A stretch of 64,000 bases of DNA, taken from contig JBDHZC010000001.1 of NCBI GenBank assembly GCA_039811685.1, positions 288,001-352,000 on the forward strand. Reading direction: 5' to 3'. The notes under the pieces were generated by a model. That model was not told the origin of the DNA. It ran no database searches and was given only the letters and a program-made list of their open reading frames with translations. The position numbers and the translations under genes were made by a program. This document shows, piece by piece, positions 7,181 to 15,937 of the stretch. This DNA is from Armatimonadota bacterium (GTDB lineage: Bacteria; Armatimonadota; UBA5829; DSUL01). Position 1 is the stretch's first letter. Every line of letters starts with the position of its first letter.

Positions 7181-9205
7181 ATGAACTCAATGCAGTGTCC
7201 GCAAGGCCACCAGAGGCGCTCACTGCTTCTGCGACTCAGAATGTGCAGCCTTCTGGCTGTGATCCTCGGCATCGCGCTTGGAGCGCACGCTCATGCGGCT
7301 CCGCCAGGGCAGCCTCAGAACGTGTCATTTGCCCCGGCAAGCGGGACGGTCCTCACCGGACAGCCGCGGGATATGTACGCTCGCTATCTGCACCCCGACG
7401 GCTCTCAGTTCTTAGCCCGGACCTTTGTCCTGATCAACAACACGCTGAATCCCCACAGCGCGGCGTACCTATTCTATGATGTGGCCACCGACAACATATA
7501 CCTTCGCAATGACAACAACAGCCAGTGGCTGGGTGGATTCCATCCGGGGTCTTCAAATACGATAGAAAACTCATTTGTGCGAGTGGACTGCGCCAATACC
7601 GAGGTCACGACGACCCCTTCAGTCATCGTGGTAAAATACCGCGTCGTCTTCAAGATCGCTAAAGGCGCTGTCAGAGTTTTTGAGCTCTGTTCGGGGACCT
7701 TCGGCGGAATGGACGGCTTCGATCAGATGGGGTCATTCTCCATTGTCGCTCCGCTTCCGCCTCTGAACGAAAGCGTGACACCCGGCAGCGGAACTCTGGG
7801 TACAGATACCCCTCTAAACATAGCGGGTCGCTATTCGGATCCAAACGGCGTGCGCGATCTCGCGCGAACGTTTATGTTGATCAGCACGGATCAGGGCGCC
7901 GCAAACGCGATTTTTCTGTATTACGACGTGAACTCAAATCGCGTCTTCTTGCGCAATGACAGCAACACTGCATGGCTTGGCGGGTTTGCGCCGGGATCGG
8001 CGCAGACTATTGAAAACAGTCAGGTGCGTGTGGACCTGGCAAATACCGCGCTGACGCAGGGAGCGTATGCCATTTATGTCAGCTATCGCCTGACGCTGAA
8101 AGCCCCGATGTCCAACAAAGAGCTGCGCGGGCTGCTGTTCTGCAGTGATGACGGAGGGCTGACAGATGGATGGGGTGATCTGGCGCAGTTCTCAACGGTG
8201 ACGCGTCAGGCTCCGGTCAACGCTTCTCTGACGCCCCTTTCGCAGACCATTGCGCCTAACACCGCGCAGATCCTGACGTCCACTCATACCGACGGCAACG
8301 GCGCGACTAACCTTGCCCGCGTACTGCTGGTGCTGAATCCTCTGTTCACGTTCCAGAACAGCATCCTTCTGTTTTACGATGCAAACACGAACAGTATCTA
8401 TCTGCGCAGTGACGACAACTCCTCATGGCTTGGCGGCTATGCGCCGGGGGCTGCCGAGACGCTGGCGAACAGCCGTGTGAGCGTTGACATCGGCGCAACC
8501 ACAGCGACCTTTTCAGCAGATACGCTCACAATAGACTGGAAGTTGACTTTCCTCACCCCCACAGCCGGAAGCGCGCTTACAGGCTGGCTGTTCTGTGTGG
8601 ACGATAACGGGCTGACGGACGGCTGGGATCAGTTGGGGACATACACCATCTCCTCTTCGTCCGGCGGTGGAACTAACCCGTACGCTCCGTTTGGGGTGGG
8701 CTACAGCGCCAGCTACAGCATCACGTACGATCCCGCGCTTGTGCCGCCGGATACGGCAGACGTCACCATATCAGGCACAGAAAGCGTCAACGGCACGACC
8801 GCCTTCGTCATTGATAACTCGCCGCTGTCTAACTTCGCCGGAACGGCCAGTGTCGCTGTGGCGGCCAGCGGGGACCTGATGCTGTACAAGGAGTGCACGG
8901 GTAATCCCCTGAGCTGTTTCACGTACCCCACTCCAAGCAAGCTGCTGCCCGGCACGATGGCCATCAATGACGTCTGGTACTCTAAGGATCGCAATGATAA
9001 CACAGTCACCTGCACGATTATTGCGACGAACGAAAACTTCGCCGTCGCCGCTGGCACGTTCAACAACATTGTGCAGGTGCGCTACACCTCGAGTGCGCAG
9101 CTTTTGGAGTTATGGTTCGCTCCGAACGTCGGAATCATTAGGGCCCAGGCGTCGAAAAACGGCATTATCTCGACCGCTGAGCTGACCTCGTACTCAGTCC
9201 CATAA
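7181..9205 (+). CDS. Secreted/surface protein with three ~150-aa internal repeats and a distinct C-terminal domain
   Basis: Strong RBS AGGAGG and a signal peptide. The motif LARxxxxI/LN..YD..IYLRxDxNxxWLGGF/YxPG..ENSxVxVD..DGW/FD occurs three times. The C-terminus contains VAAGTFNN..WFAPNVGII. Confidence 0.75.
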   Translation: MNSMQCPQGHQRRSLLLRLRMCSLLAVILGIALGAHAHAAPPGQPQNVSFAPASGTVLTGQPRDMYARYLHPDGSQFLARTFVLINNTLNPHSAAYLFYDVATDNIYLRNDNNSQWLGGFHPGSSNTIENSFVRVDCANTEVTTTPSVIVVKYRVVFKIAKGAVRVFELCSGTFGGMDGFDQMGSFSIVAPLPPLNESVTPGSGTLGTDTPLNIAGRYSDPNGVRDLARTFMLISTDQGAANAIFLYYDVNSNRVFLRNDSNTAWLGGFAPGSAQTIENSQVRVDLANTALTQGAYAIYVSYRLTLKAPMSNKELRGLLFCSDDGGLTDGWGDLAQFSTVTRQAPVNASLTPLSQTIAPNTAQILTSTHTDGNGATNLARVLLVLNPLFTFQNSILLFYDANTNSIYLRSDDNSSWLGGYAPGAAETLANSRVSVDIGATTATFSADTLTIDWKLTFLTPTAGSALTGWLFCVDDNGLTDGWDQLGTYTISSSSGGGTNPYAPFGVGYSASYSITYDPALVPPDTADVTISGTESVNGTTAFVIDNSPLSNFAGTASVAVAASGDLMLYKECTGNPLSCFTYPTPSKLLPGTMAINDVWYSKDRNDNTVTCTIIATNENFAVAAGTFNNIVQVRYTSSAQLLELWFAPNVGIIRAQASKNGIISTAELTSYSVP

Positions 9206-9230
9206 CCGCCGAAAGGCGTCCCACAGCTTG

Positions 9231-9270
9231 ACGGCGCAGATTCCAAGGACGCGGAATCTGCGCCGTTTCT
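9231..9270 (+). terminator. Intrinsic terminator
   Basis: Perfect 14-bp stem ACGGCGCAGATTCC / GGAATCTGCGCCGT followed by TTCT, just after the stop at 9205. Confidence 0.7.
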
Positions 9271-9360
9271 GTGCGTCAACGTAAACCGGGTCGGGCTAAT
9301 ACGGGTAAGAACAAGTTGCTGGTGCGGCAAGTCCGCCCAAAAATCCACGGAGGTGACACT

Positions 9361-9540
9361 GTGACTGTGAAAGATCCCGTATGCGGCCGTCAGGTGAGCC
9401 CGGATCAGGCCAGATTCTCGACGGATGTCGAAGGCACGAAATACTACTTCTGCTCTGAAGAGTGCAAACAGAAGTTTGAGGACGATCCACGCAGGTACGT
9501 AGACGTACCGGGGACGGCCAGCGCTTCCCCGAAACCCTGA
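9361..9540 (+). CDS. YHS domain protein
   Basis: KDPVCG...GTKYYFCSEECKQKFEDDPRRY. GGAGG RBS precedes GTG 9361. Confidence 0.85.
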   Translation: MTVKDPVCGRQVSPDQARFSTDVEGTKYYFCSEECKQKFEDDPRRYVDVPGTASASPKP

Positions 9541-9595
9541 CCAGGTGTGAGAGGACGCCTGGCAGAAGCATGTCGCGAACGTAGCTGCCACATGC

Positions 9596-9637
9596 GCCCG
9601 GCAACCTTTGCCCGGCGTCCTTTGCCCGGCGTCCTTT
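9596..9637. repeat. Three tandem 14-nt repeats GCCCGGC(GT/AA)CCTTT
   Basis: Units at 9596-9609, 9610-9623 and 9624-9637. A near reverse-complement copy lies at 9552-9566. Confidence 0.75.
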
Positions 9638-9662
9638 TCATAGCTCCTGAGACTGTCTCCCG

Positions 9663-10778
9663 CTATTTTTCGATGCTGGAGTGAGGAATCCCGGCGCCCT
9701 CGCCAGGGGCGTCCGGCGAAGTGGGCGCATCAGGTTGCGACGGATAGCGGTCTTTGGCGGCGGGAAGCGGCGGGAACGGTTTGTGCGGCTCGGTCTGATA
9801 CCAGAACGCTACCGTAGAGTAGTCGTCATGGCGCTCATTGCGCAGGCCGTGGCGCATCTCCATCCGGAACGTTTTCTCAAACGGGATTGGATCCTCGATG
9901 TGGAAGCGATAGAAGCTGTTGTCCGCGTGGACGGGCTTTTCATCGGATTCATACCACGGTGAGCCAAACCGCAGGCCGTTTTCACCCTTGCCGAAGCTCC
10001 AGCCCTGCCCGAAGTAGTCTTCCTGTCCGGTGGCGGGAATCTCTCGCCCGTCCACCCAAATCTGTTCGCCGCCGTCCCCCCACCAGCCGGGGGAGTTTGT
10101 CCGATTGTAGTAGAACAGGCCGACAAAGTGGCCTTCACCGGCGGCGTCCAGAATCAGATAGGAGGGACCGCTCGTCGGTTTGGCTTGACGATACTGCGCG
10201 TGGAACGTACGCACATAGTCCGGCAGGGACGCCACCTTCTTGTAGTTGATGTGGTAGAATAGCCGTCTCAGTTCGTGATCCGGGGAGTTACTGAAGGTAA
10301 TCCGGCAGCTCTTTTTGAATGGCATGGGAAAAAAGCAGTTGTACCCGCGCTTGTTTCCGGTCTCAAAGGGGATGGAGTGCACGTCGTAGTACTTTCCGTG
10401 CCCCAGTCCGAAGAACTCACCGATCGGAACTTCCACGCTCGGTTCCTTCTCGCCGTCCCAGTAGATGCGCAGCACACAGTCTTTCAACACATAGTCCCGC
10501 TGCCGCGACAGGGTGAACCAGATGTGTGAGATGATTCCTGGACCCTGAATGTTGGCGATCTCCTTTGAGTCTCCGGGCTTCATAATGTCGCTGCCGTCAG
10601 GTCCGGCGGTGGGATTGCTCACAATACGGTGGAATGTGTAGTCCTTCGGAAGATACATGTTCGCCAACAGCTCGCCGGTATCTACGGTGACGGCTCCTCC
10701 ATTAGCCGCCGTAGCTCCGGTGGCCAAAACTATCGGAGCGCAGGCCAGAGCAGCAGCAAAGAGATGCGTGAATGCCAT
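9663..10778 (-). CDS. DUF2961 / glycoside hydrolase family 172-like protein
   Basis: GPGIISHIWFT, LRIYWDGE..PSVEVPIGEFFG, NCFFPMPF, TGQEDYF and YRFHIEDPIPF, with a signal peptide. Confidence 0.85.
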   Translation of the reverse strand: MAFTHLFAAALACAPIVLATGATAANGGAVTVDTGELLANMYLPKDYTFHRIVSNPTAGPDGSDIMKPGDSKEIANIQGPGIISHIWFTLSRQRDYVLKDCVLRIYWDGEKEPSVEVPIGEFFGLGHGKYYDVHSIPFETGNKRGYNCFFPMPFKKSCRITFSNSPDHELRRLFYHINYKKVASLPDYVRTFHAQYRQAKPTSGPSYLILDAAGEGHFVGLFYYNRTNSPGWWGDGGEQIWVDGREIPATGQEDYFGQGWSFGKGENGLRFGSPWYESDEKPVHADNSFYRFHIEDPIPFEKTFRMEMRHGLRNERHDDYSTVAFWYQTEPHKPFPPLPAAKDRYPSQPDAPTSPDAPGEGAGIPHSSIEK

Positions 10779-10983
10779 AAGTGATTGTCCTCCATAGTGG
10801 CCGGCCCGCCTGCCCCGGGTCAGCTTCGCGGGATAGTGTCAAAGCAGAACGCTTTCACCAACTCTGGATCTGCAATGCGGCGCCCGCGCACGCGCTATTC
10901 GGCTAAAATGGCTTCTGTTGATCCGGAAGCAAGTTTTGCGGACAGGTTGACAGCTTAGCTCAACAGAACTGGAGAAGTTTAGC

Positions 10984-13900
10984 ATGCCCGAGAATGGACC
11001 TATGTCGCTTACTACTGAGCGGCTCTACCGGCAGAAGATTCGGCGACGTAAGGATGAGATCTACAACTACCGCATTTCCAACCGTACGCCAATCTCGGAC
11101 ATTACCATCTGGGAGACTCCAGAGTTTCTTCTGCCCTCCGATGTCCGGGACAAAAAGTTCAAGTCCATTAAAATCGGCCAGCAGTGGGGTGGCGGAGTCA
11201 GTGGATGGTTCAGAGTAAAGATCACCATTCCCGAGGCATTCCGCGGCCGTGAGGTGGCGGCGTTTCTGGATATGGGCGGAGAAGCCTGCGCATTCCTGAA
11301 CGGCAAACCGTACCAGGGTGTGGACGGCAATCATCAGGAGCTGTTGCTTGCCAAGCGCGCGCAGGGTGGGGAGAGCTTTGAGTTTCTGCTTGAAGCCTCA
11401 GCGCACAACTGGCATACTCCTAGCGACAAAGCGCCTCGCACCCTCCAGCGAGCCGAGCTGGCGACCCGGAATCCGGAAGTCGAAGAGTACTGGTTCAATG
11501 TGGAGGTCCTTCTGTCTCTGGCTGAGCAGCTTCCAGAAAAGAGCGCCCGGCGCGCCAGGATTGTCTATGCGCTGAACAAGAGCGTGGATGCGTTTGACTA
11601 CACACACAAAGACGACGCTTCACTCAAGAAGTCTGCCCTTCGCGCCAATGCTTTCCTCAAACCCGTTCTTGACCAACCTGCGTGTCCGTCTGCGACTAAC
11701 GTCGCAGTGCATGGGCATTCGCACATTGACGTCGCCTGGCTCTGGCCCTACAACGAGACCAGACGCAAATGCGCGCGCACCTTCAGCACTGTCATGCGCA
11801 TGATGGAGCAGTATCCGGAATATATATTCTCTCAGAGTCAGGCGCAACTTTACGAGTTCACGCGGCAGCGCTACCCTGAGCTTTACGAAGACATCAAGAA
11901 AGCCGTCAAGAAGGGGCACTGGGATGTTGAAGGCTCGATGTGGGTCGAGGCAGACTGCAATCTTTCTTCTGGAGAGTCGCTCATCCGTCAGGTAGTTCTC
12001 GGCAAAAACTTCTTCATGCGGGAGTTCGGCAAAGAAACGCACGTGCTCTGGCTGCCGGACGTTTTTGGATACGCTGCTGCCCTTCCGCAGATCTTGCAGA
12101 AAGCCCGCGTTCCGTATTTCAGCACGATCAAGATCAATTGGAGCCAGTTCAACACATTCCCGTACAACACGTTCTGGTGGGAGGGGATTGACGGTACCCG
12201 CGTTCTGGCGCATTTCCCTCCGACTACGGACTACAACGCCTATGTCGAACCTGCCAAGCTCATCCAGCAGGTTGATGAGTTCAAAGAGAAAGACCGCAGT
12301 GATTGGTCGCTGCTTTCGTACGGATGGGGAGATGGCGGCGGCGGTGCTGACAGGCGTCACTTCGAGTTTTTGCGCCGTTCTGAGGATACTGAAGGCCTTC
12401 CTCGCTGCAAACAGACGAAAATCGAGGATTTCTTCCGAACGATTGACGATCCGTCTATCGACTATCCGACGTGGGTTGGGGAGCTCTATCTGGAGCTTCA
12501 CCGCGGCACGTACACCACCCAGGCCCGCAACAAGCGCTACAACCGTATCGCTGAGCTGAAATACCGTGACGCCGAGCTGTTCTCTTCCGTCGCCTCACAC
12601 ATGCATGTGCCCTATCCCTACGAGGAGCTCCATAAAGGCTGGCAGGATATTCTGGTCAATCAGTTCCACGATGTGATTCCCGGATCGTCTGTTCACTGGG
12701 TCTATGAAGATACTAATGAGATGTATCCCCGCATCCTCGAGGTTGCGGAGAAAGCAACAGAGTCTGCATGCAGTGCCATCGTCGAAAACATTAACTTTGG
12801 TGGGCAGGCGCCTGTTGTCGTCGTTTTCAACTCACTGCCATGGGAGCGCCGCAGCGTCGCGCATTTCCAGTGGCCTGCAGACAAGCCATGCGCCATCGAG
12901 ACGACGGACGGGCAGGAGGTGCCGATTCAGCGCTCCGGTGATCTTGTAGAGTTCACCGCCAAGGCGCCGTCTATGGGGTATGCTACCTACCGCGTGAGAG
13001 AGCGCCGCCCGCAGAACGTTACCGCGAACACGCTCAAGGCCAGCAAGACGTCTATGGAGAATCGCTTCTACAAGATCGCCATTGACAACAAGGGCGTCAT
13101 CACGTCCATTCTGCACAAGGAGAGTGGACGGGAGCTTCTGCCGGAAGGCGAGCGTGGAAATCTTCTTCGACTGTATGAAGACAAGCCACTGGAGTGGCAG
13201 GCATGGGATATTGACTTCTTCTATGAAGACAAGTGGGAGGACGTCACGCAACTCGATTCAGTTGAGGTACTGAATCAGGGGCCGGTGTCTGCGTCTGTTG
13301 AGTTCGTCCGCAGCTTCGGCGCCTCCCATCTCAAGCAGAAGATGACCATTTACGCCGACGACCCCCGCATTGACTTTGTGACGTGGGTTGACTGGCGTGA
13401 AGAGAACAAGTGCCTGAAGGCATGCTTCCCGGTGGACGTGAATGCCTCCAAGGCTCGCTATGAGATTCAGTTCGGCAACGTGGAGCGCGCAACACATACC
13501 AATACGAGCTGGGACAAGGCTCGATTTGAGGTGTGTGCGCACCGATGGGCGGACATCTCAGAACAGGGCTTTGGGATGAGTCTTATGAACGACTGCAAGT
13601 ACGGTCATCACACCGTTGGCAACGAGATGCGCCTCACCCTTCTGCGCGCTCCAAAAGACCCGGACCCGCAGGCGGATATGGGCGAGCACCTGTTTACGTA
13701 CTCTATTATGCCGCACGCGGGAGACTACATCTCCGCACAGACCGTACGCCGAGCTTATGAGTTGAATGTTCCGCTCAAGTGCGTGCCGGTTGAAAGCCGG
13801 GCAGATGCGAGTGAAGGCTCTCTGCTGGATGAGACGTCCTTCTTCAACGTGGATGCGCCGAATGTGATCCTTGAGACCGTAAAACGCGCGGAAAACAGCG

Positions 13901-14094
13901 GAGACACGATCATCCGCCTCTATGAGTGCCACAATCAGCGAGCGCACGTCTCCATCAACGTCAATCTGCCGTTCACGAAGGTGTACGAGACGGATCTGAT
14001 GGAAGATAACCTGCAGGAGGTAGCCTTCAAGTTCCGCTATTTCACGGCAGACTTAAAGCCCTTTGAGATCAAGACGTTCAAGCTGGTGGAGTAG
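10984..14094 (+). CDS. Alpha-mannosidase, glycoside hydrolase family 38
   Basis: HSHIDVAWLW, WLPDVFGY, GWGDGGGG, GELYLELHRGTYT and NQFHDVIPGSS. Confidence 0.93.
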   Translation: MPENGPMSLTTERLYRQKIRRRKDEIYNYRISNRTPISDITIWETPEFLLPSDVRDKKFKSIKIGQQWGGGVSGWFRVKITIPEAFRGREVAAFLDMGGEACAFLNGKPYQGVDGNHQELLLAKRAQGGESFEFLLEASAHNWHTPSDKAPRTLQRAELATRNPEVEEYWFNVEVLLSLAEQLPEKSARRARIVYALNKSVDAFDYTHKDDASLKKSALRANAFLKPVLDQPACPSATNVAVHGHSHIDVAWLWPYNETRRKCARTFSTVMRMMEQYPEYIFSQSQAQLYEFTRQRYPELYEDIKKAVKKGHWDVEGSMWVEADCNLSSGESLIRQVVLGKNFFMREFGKETHVLWLPDVFGYAAALPQILQKARVPYFSTIKINWSQFNTFPYNTFWWEGIDGTRVLAHFPPTTDYNAYVEPAKLIQQVDEFKEKDRSDWSLLSYGWGDGGGGADRRHFEFLRRSEDTEGLPRCKQTKIEDFFRTIDDPSIDYPTWVGELYLELHRGTYTTQARNKRYNRIAELKYRDAELFSSVASHMHVPYPYEELHKGWQDILVNQFHDVIPGSSVHWVYEDTNEMYPRILEVAEKATESACSAIVENINFGGQAPVVVVFNSLPWERRSVAHFQWPADKPCAIETTDGQEVPIQRSGDLVEFTAKAPSMGYATYRVRERRPQNVTANTLKASKTSMENRFYKIAIDNKGVITSILHKESGRELLPEGERGNLLRLYEDKPLEWQAWDIDFFYEDKWEDVTQLDSVEVLNQGPVSASVEFVRSFGASHLKQKMTIYADDPRIDFVTWVDWREENKCLKACFPVDVNASKARYEIQFGNVERATHTNTSWDKARFEVCAHRWADISEQGFGMSLMNDCKYGHHTVGNEMRLTLLRAPKDPDPQADMGEHLFTYSIMPHAGDYISAQTVRRAYELNVPLKCVPVESRADASEGSLLDETSFFNVDAPNVILETVKRAENSGDTIIRLYECHNQRAHVSINVNLPFTKVYETDLMEDNLQEVAFKFRYFTADLKPFEIKTFKLVE

Positions 14095-14114
14095 AACGCA
14101 AACGCGCGCCAGCA

Positions 14115-14169
14115 GACCATCGGGGAGCGAAAACCGATGCAATAGTCGAAGTTTTTCGCTCCTTTGGTC
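14115..14169. terminator. Long hairpin between convergent genes (probable bidirectional terminator)
   Basis: GACCA..GGAGCGAAAA pairs with TTTTCGCTCC..TGGTC. Confidence 0.55.
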
Positions 14170-14213
14170 GATATCTCAACACGAAGCCAGGTTATCGCAG
14201 TCAACAAATGTGG

Positions 14214-14843
14214 TTAGGCGCCAACACCCACCAAGACAAGGGGGACAGCCGGGATGCCTCGTCCCTGTCTGATAAGGTCGTACAGGGCGCCCTCATAGTT
14301 TGGGACGCCGGTGGTCATCGCCCTCCCACCGGCCGGATCAAGAGTCAGTTCACGCATCGGCAGTATTTCGACGCCGACGTCGATGGTGTCCCCGACGTAA
14401 AAGGCCATGTGCTTGACGAACAAGTCGTAGGCTATAAAGCTATATTTGCCAAATTGCACTTCAAGGGCGATTCGCTTCTTGACAAAGTCCGTTTGGTTCG
14501 AAGACCGAAGAGGTGTGAGTCCAGCATCTTCGATGAGTGCCTTTTGTTCCTCGGGAGGGAGGCCCACTGTCCGGCGTATGAGTTTTGCATCTACGGTTAC
14601 CCAGTATCTTACAACCGACGACTTCCAACCTCGTTTCTCAAGCCCCTCTTTGAACTGCTTGTTGAACGCAGGACAGGAGTAGATCAGCTTTCCTGGCATA
14701 GTCTTCTCCTTTGACATTTTGGTTCGACAGGCCTCGGCGTCCACCGAATCGATTACGGCAGTGATATCCTCCCAGATGTCTGGCTTATGTACTTTGATAT
14801 GCTCCCAGCCGTTCAGATGAGAATATTGCTCAACGATTCTCAC
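14214..14843 (-). CDS. BglII/BstYI-family type II restriction endonuclease
   Basis: TDFVKKRIALEVQFGKY carries the D...E-x-Q catalytic signature of the BglII/BstYI family. It is coupled to the methyltransferase by a 4-nt overlap. Confidence 0.85.
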   Translation of the reverse strand: MRIVEQYSHLNGWEHIKVHKPDIWEDITAVIDSVDAEACRTKMSKEKTMPGKLIYSCPAFNKQFKEGLEKRGWKSSVVRYWVTVDAKLIRRTVGLPPEEQKALIEDAGLTPLRSSNQTDFVKKRIALEVQFGKYSFIAYDLFVKHMAFYVGDTIDVGVEILPMRELTLDPAGGRAMTTGVPNYEGALYDLIRQGRGIPAVPLVLVGVGA

Positions 14844-15706
14844 CAGTGTCCGCCGTTCGGTAGTTTGGGATCATATACTGGCTTATGCATCGGGCGCGTT
14901 CGCAGTGTCCCCTGGCGCAGCGCGGAAATCCTCCGCCACGCGACGTCCACGTATTCCTGTACCACATCGCAGCCGTAGCCTTGCCGATCGTGCATCAGCG
15001 CGGCAATTACAGCGGACCCGACGCCCATGTACGGATCTAGAACATTATCATCGACATTAGTCATCGAGAGGACGAGACGCTCAATCAGCTCAACAGGAAA
15101 CTGACAGGGATGAATGGTCTTCTCGACGTGATTGCTCTTGACGTTCGGTATGATCCACACATCACCCGGATTCTTTCCCAGAGGATTTCCAGATAGTTTG
15201 CCAACGTTCGGGCCCTTGAAGTACCTTTTATTTGGGTACTTGGACGGCACACGGATCGGATCCAGATTGAAAACATAGTCGTCCGTCTTGGTGAACCAGA
15301 GTATAGTCTCATGGCGGCCAGACAGACGACGGCGGCAGTGAAGGCCATGCTCAAAGTGCCAGATAATCCGATTCCGAAGCTTAAGATTGTGGTGCTTAAA
15401 GAGCGGGTAGAGGACAATGTCAAGCGGAAATACTTCTCCATCTTTACTCACGTGGTTTCCGACTTGCCAGCAGATGGAGCCTTCTGGGCGCAGAACGCGG
15501 ACGCACTCCGCTATGACGGCCGCCTGTTCTTGCAGATAGAAATCGAGCGAACCGCGGCGCTCATAGGATTTTCCGATGTTGTACGGTGGCGAAGTAACTA
15601 CCAATTGCATTGACTCATCTGCGAGCGAGTGTAGAAAGTCTCTGTTGTCCGCGCAGGCGATATTTACGTCCGGTAGGTCGAATTCAGTGATGAGTTGCAG
15701 TGACAT
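14840..15706 (-). CDS. Site-specific DNA methyltransferase, beta class (probably N4-cytosine)
   Basis: VTSPPYN motif IV precedes HPCQFP and DPYMGVGS motif I. ATG 15706 is preferred as start; the ORF track starts at GTG 15733. Confidence 0.9.
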   Translation of the reverse strand: MSLQLITEFDLPDVNIACADNRDFLHSLADESMQLVVTSPPYNIGKSYERRGSLDFYLQEQAAVIAECVRVLRPEGSICWQVGNHVSKDGEVFPLDIVLYPLFKHHNLKLRNRIIWHFEHGLHCRRRLSGRHETILWFTKTDDYVFNLDPIRVPSKYPNKRYFKGPNVGKLSGNPLGKNPGDVWIIPNVKSNHVEKTIHPCQFPVELIERLVLSMTNVDDNVLDPYMGVGSAVIAALMHDRQGYGCDVVQEYVDVAWRRISALRQGTLRTRPMHKPVYDPKLPNGGHW

Positions 15707-15937
15707 AGAAACGCGGTCCCCTCTGCTGCGCACTTCCGATTACATTCAAGAATACCCTTTGCGAAGTGTGGTTCGTCAAGATTTTCACTCTTCCCAACCC
15801 CTCGAGGTGGACTTAGCCCGCGAGACCAGAGATTTGGTTGTCCGCACGGTAAACGGGCTAGATGCACCCCTTTTCATCAAACAGTATCAAGCGTGTGGGG
15901 TCACATAAACTGCAAGGCAGGCAGCCCCACACTCCCC

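Noticed and set aside
5232..7479. Long alternative-frame ORFs (e.g. 5232-5990, 6333-7019, 6811-7479; likewise 49527-50750, 11620-12501, 55293-56162)
   Set aside because: They are antisense or overlapping shadows of well-supported genes in GC-rich DNA and have no recognisable motifs.
14095..15937. Mobile element boundaries around the restriction-modification genes
   Set aside because: No direct or inverted terminal repeats, integrase or tRNA target were found by eye.
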